A stretch of DNA of 35,501 nucleotides, from NCBI GenBank assembly GCA_002269645.1, contig NIVC01004768.1:1-35501 (forward strand). Direction: 5' to 3'. Each line of letters begins with the position of its first letter. The first letter of the stretch is position 1. Below are positions 31,452 to 35,501 of this stretch, in pieces. Under the pieces are notes generated by a model, which was not told where the DNA came from, did not search any database, and saw only the letters and a program-made list of their open reading frames with translations. The DNA is from Macrostomum lignano (Eukaryota). The position numbers and the translations under genes were made by a program.

Positions 31452-31637
31452 CGGGTGGGATCCCGCTGCCCCTAGGGTGGGATCCCGCTGCCCCTAGGGT
31501 GGGATCCCGCTGCCCCTAGAGTGGGATCCCGTTGCCCCTAGGGTGGGATCCCGCTGCCCTAGGGTGGGATCCCGCTGCCCCTAGAGTGGGATCCCGTTGC
31601 CCCTAGGGTGGGATCCCGCTGCCCCTAGGGTGGGATT
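31452..31637. repeat. SLC6 intron 1 minisatellite A, 22-bp unit GGGTGGGATCCCGCTGCCCCTA
   Basis: Tandem array starting 7 nt after the donor. Confidence 0.93.
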
Positions 31638-31689
31638 CCAGTAGCCACCACTAGTGGAATCATCTGTCATTTTGGGATCAACTGTCACT

Positions 31690-32188
31690 TGAGATTAACT
31701 GTCACCTGGAATCACCTGGATTACCAGTAATAACTTATCACCCGAGACTACCTATGATAACCTGTCACCCTGGATTACCTGTGATAACTCTAACCTGTCA
31801 CCTGGGATCACCTGTCACCTGGGATCACCTGTCACCTGGGATCACCTGTCACCTGGATCACCTGTCACCTGGGATCACCTGTCACCTGGGATCACCTGTC
31901 ACCTGGGATCACCTGTCACCTGGGATCACCTGTCACCTGGGATCACCTGTCACCTGGGATCACCTGTCACCTGGGATCACCTGTCACCTGGGATCACCTG
32001 TCACCTGGGATCACCTGGGATCACCTGTCACCTGGAATCACCTGGAATCACATGTCACCTGGAATCACCTGGGATCACCTGGGATCACCTGTCACCTGGG
32101 ATCACCTGGGATCACCTGTCACCTGGAATCACCTGGAATCACCTGTCATCTGGAATCACCTGGGATCACCTGTCACCTGGGATCACCA
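31690..32188. repeat. SLC6 intron 1 minisatellite B, 17-bp unit GGGATCACCTGTCACCT
   Basis: Tandem array read directly. Confidence 0.93.
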
Positions 32189-32246
32189 ATGAATTCTGGC
32201 AACCTAAATCATAAAAAAGCATTCCCAACTGCCCTCACTCGAACAG

Positions 32247-32378
32247 GTGTATTCTTCATACCGTATTTGCTGATGGTATTCCTGTGCGTGATCCCCATAG
32301 TCTACCTGGAGATGATTATTGGCCAGTTCTCATCTGCGTCGACTCTGCAGTTCGGGCGAGTCATCCCGCTGTTCCAGG
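32247..32378 (+). CDS. SLC6 coding exon 2 (TM2)
   Basis: (G)VFFIPYLLMVFLCVIPIVYLEMIIGQFSSASTLQFGRVIPLFQ; AACAG acceptor, G|GTGAGG donor, phase 1/1. Confidence 0.93.
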
Positions 32379-32452
32379 GTGAGGTTCTGCGCCTGATGGC
32401 TTTCTTCTAATTGTAGAAGAGGATAAATTATGAATTTTAGTTTTTTTCGCAG

Positions 32453-32596
32453 GAATTGGCTGGGCAATGTTCATCGTGACCTTCTTTACCATAATATACT
32501 ATCAAATTGTGCTGTCCTGGGTTGTGTACTACCTGTTCAGCTCTTTGACGGCCCAATTGCCTTTTGGACACTGCAATAATACCTGGAATACGCCTG
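32453..32596 (+). CDS. SLC6 coding exon 3 (TM3, start of EL2)
   Basis: (G)IGWAMFIVTFFTIIYYQIVLSWVVYYLFSSLTAQLPFGHCNNTWNTP; TTTCGCAG acceptor, G|GTGAGT donor. Confidence 0.93.
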
Positions 32597-33575
32597 GTGA
32601 GTGTGGCTCATCAACAGGGGTGAGGGCGGCTCAGCAACAGGGGTGAGTGTGGCTCGTCAACAGGGGTGAGGGTGGCCTCATCAACAGGGGTGAGGGTGGC
32701 CTCATCAACAGGGGTGAGGGTGGCCTCATCAACAGGGGTGAGTGTGGCTCGTCAACAGGGGTGAGGGTGGCCTCATCAACAGGGTGAGGGTGGCCTCATC
32801 AACAGGGATGAGGGTGGCCTCATCAACAGGGGTGAGGGTGGCTCATCAACAGGGGTGAGGGTGGCCTCATCAACAGGGGTGAGGGTGGCCTCATCAACAG
32901 GGGTGAGGGTGGCCTCATCAACAGGGGTGAGGGTGGCCTCATCAACAAGGGTGAGGGTGGCCTCATCAACAGGGGTGAGGGTGGCTCGTCAACAGGGGTG
33001 AGGGCGGCTCGTCAACAGGGGTGAGGGTGGCCTTATTAACAGGGGTGAGGGTGGCCTTATTAACAGGGGTGAGGGTGGCCTCATCAACAGGGATGAGGGT
33101 GGCCTCGTCAACAGGGGTGAGGGTGGCCTTATTAACAGGGGTGAGGGTGGCCTCATCAACAGGGGTGAGGGTGGCCTCATCAACAGGGGTGAGGGTGGCC
33201 TCATCAACAGGGATGAGGGTGGCCTCATCAACAGGGGTGAGGGTGGCTCATCAACAGGGGTGAGGGCGGCTCGTCAACAGGGGTGAGGGTGGCCTTATTA
33301 ACAGGGGTGAGGGTGGCCTCATCAACAGGGGTGAGGGTGGCTCATCAACAGGGGTGAGGGTGGCTCATCAACAGGGGTGAGGGTGGCTCATCAACAGGGG
33401 TGAGGGCGGCTCATCAACAGGGTGAGGGCGGCTCATCAACAGGGGTGAGGGCGGCTCATCAACAGTGGTGAGGGTGGCTCGTCAACAGGGGTGAGGGCGG
33501 CTCATCAACAGGGGTGAGGGCGGCTCAGAAACAGGGGTGAGGGCGGCTCATCAACAGGGGTGAGGGCGGCTCGTC
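32597..33575. repeat. SLC6 intron 3 minisatellite, 24-bp unit GGCCTCATCAACAGGGGTGAGGGT
   Basis: Tandem array whose first unit overlaps the authentic donor. Confidence 0.96.
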
Positions 33576-33710
33576 ACAGTTAGGGGTTAGTGACGAGTAG
33601 AACTGTTTTCAAGGTCACACACAGTAGCCACAGCGATATATTCGTACAATCAAGATGTTGATAAGTCCTTGTAATTAAAAAATTATTTTAAAAATTTCTT
33701 AACATCGCAG

Positions 33711-33834
33711 GCTGCAGAACGATTTCCCAGTGGAACCTAACAGTTAGTGACGACAAGCACACCATCGCATTTAACAATGGAAGCATCAACGTCACGGATG
33801 TGACAGCTAGAACACCAAGCGAGGAATACTTTAG
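33711..33834 (+). CDS. SLC6 coding exon 4 (EL2)
   Basis: (G)CRTISQWNLTVSDDKHTIAFNNGSINVTDVTARTPSEEYF; second EL2 cysteine, N-glycosylation sequons, PSEEYF motif; AG|GTGAGC donor, phase 2. Confidence 0.9.
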
Positions 33835-33913
33835 GTGAGCATTGCTTGTTTGGATACTAAAGGGTTTCCCCGTTGGATTTTCACGGCTAGTTTTTCCAAC
33901 TGTAATGACTATC

Positions 33914-34360
33914 CAGGTGGATTCCCCTGGCTGGATTCCCCCGGTTTGGATTTCCCCCGGTTGGATTTCCCCCGGTTGGATTTCCCTCGATTGGATTTCC
34001 CCCGGTTGGATTTCCCCGGTTGGATTTCCTCCGGTTAGATTTCCCTGTGTGGGTCTGGTTTTCTCAAAGTGTGGTTTTCCCCCAGTTGGATTTCCCCAGG
34101 TTGGATTTCCCCAGGCTGGATTTCCCCGTTGGATTTCCCTCGTTGAATTTCCACCGATTAGATTTACCCCGTGTGGGTCTCACCGGTTGTATTTCCCCCA
34201 GTTGGATTCCCCCAGTTGGATTTTCCCTTGTGGGTTTCCCTCACTGGGTTTCCCAACTGGGTTTTCCCACTGGGTTTCCCCACTGGGTTTTCCCACTGGG
34301 TTTCCCTCACTGGGTTTCCCAACTGGGTTTTCCCACTGGGTTTCCCCACTGGGTTTCCCC
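33914..34360. repeat. SLC6 intron 4 minisatellites: ~14-15-bp TTGGATTTCCCCGG (33914-34140) and ~13-14-bp CACTGGGTTTCCC (34231-34360)
   Basis: Two related tandem arrays read directly. Confidence 0.88.
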
Positions 34361-34481
34361 TCTGTGTTTTCCCAGCTGTGTTGCCCCGCTTGAATTTCTG
34401 TATTTTAAATGCTAAATTTCTCACACTGATTTTCGCCCTAGATTTCCCAGCTAAAGTTACCTATGTACATCCCTATTTCAG

Positions 34482-34614
34482 GTTCTTTGTTCTGGCCGAA
34501 TCGGGCGACATCGGCATCCTAGGCGAGATCAACTGGCGACTGGCGCTGAGTCTGCTGTTCGCCTGGGCCTGCGTCTTCGTCGTGCTGTTTCAGAGCGTCA
34601 CTTCGCCGAAGAAG
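34482..34614 (+). CDS. SLC6 coding exon 5 (TM4)
   Basis: (R)FFVLAESGDIGILGEINWRLALSLLFAWACVFVVLFQSVTSPKK; ATTTCAG acceptor, AAG|GTGAGC donor. Confidence 0.92.
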
Positions 34615-34705
34615 GTGAGCAACTTTAAATATGATCATATGGGGTGGGATCACCCAAGCCCGAGACCGTGCATCAAGCTAGGGTCACCGTTACCGCAAAC
34701 CGCAG

Positions 34706-34840
34706 GTAATCTACGTGACCGTGGTGGTGCCCTGGCTGCTAATGATAGTGTTCCTGATTGCCACCGCCATGCTGCCGGATCGTTCCATCGGGTTCCGGTA
34801 TTTTCTGTCGCCAAACTGGGACAAGATTAGCCAGGCTTCG
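34706..34840 (+). CDS. SLC6 coding exon 6 (TM5)
   Basis: VIYVTVVVPWLLMIVFLIATAMLPDRSIGFRYFLSPNWDKISQAS; CGCAG acceptor, TCG|GTGAGT donor, phase 0/0. Confidence 0.92.
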
Positions 34841-34845
34841 GTGAG

Positions 34846-35212
<367 letters not shown>

Positions 35213-35257
35213 GTCGAATTTTACTGCAATACAAGCCAGTCTGCATTATCCATCCAG

Positions 35258-35362
35258 ACTTGGACGGACGCATCGTCACAGGCGTTTTACTCAATGGGCC
35301 CCTGCTTTGGCGGCATCATGACTCTGTCCAGCTACAACAAATTCAAGTACAATATTCAAAAG
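35258..35362 (+). CDS. SLC6 coding exon 7 (TM6); gene continues beyond the window
   Basis: TWTDASSQAFYSMGPCFGGIMTLSSYNKFKYNIQK; ATCCAG acceptor, AAG|GTGTGT donor. Confidence 0.9.
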
Positions 35363-35501
35363 GTGTGTTTGTGCCTTAAATTCTGCTATAATTATTCGGT
35401 TGAAAGGAAAGTTCTCGCCAATTCTTGAAAAATATAGTGCAAGGAAAATTTTGAAGTTCTACGAGCGTAAGAACCTTCCATTGCTCGATTGTAAAGAAGG
35501 A

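Overview
Eukaryotic (metazoan) genomic DNA with spliceosomal introns. The GC-rich exons, short introns and a different minisatellite in almost every large intron resemble the flatworm Macrostomum; this is an inference that needs a database search. Supported genes: (1) an unannotated minus-strand gene, missed by the ORF track, whose four symmetric phase-1 exons (4408-4536, 2658-2741, 1890-1982, 740-844) encode a hydrophilic protein with three NP[IL][TL]G motifs; (2) a two-exon glypican (18801-22296) with all 14 family cysteines, an unusually long Pro/Trp-rich stalk and a 1-nt frameshift in a G run; (3) the first seven coding exons of a divergent SLC6 sodium:neurotransmitter symporter (31180-35362, continuing beyond the window). 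Mobile DNA: a 5'-truncated RTE-type LINE, a 5'-truncated LOA/R1-like LINE with a perfect 13-bp TSD, a nest of Mutator/foldback-like non-autonomous elements in a CpG-depleted block, and a 189-bp hAT-like MITE inside a minisatellite. About 20 tandem arrays explain most of the long ORFs in the track. Unexplained items include a 1.26-kb module bracketed by a 15-bp direct repeat (containing a CCAAT/TATA promoter and a four-hairpin cluster) and cryptic coding-like frames at 14.5-16.9 kb and 23-28.5 kb. No CRISPR array, rRNA or tRNA was recognised.
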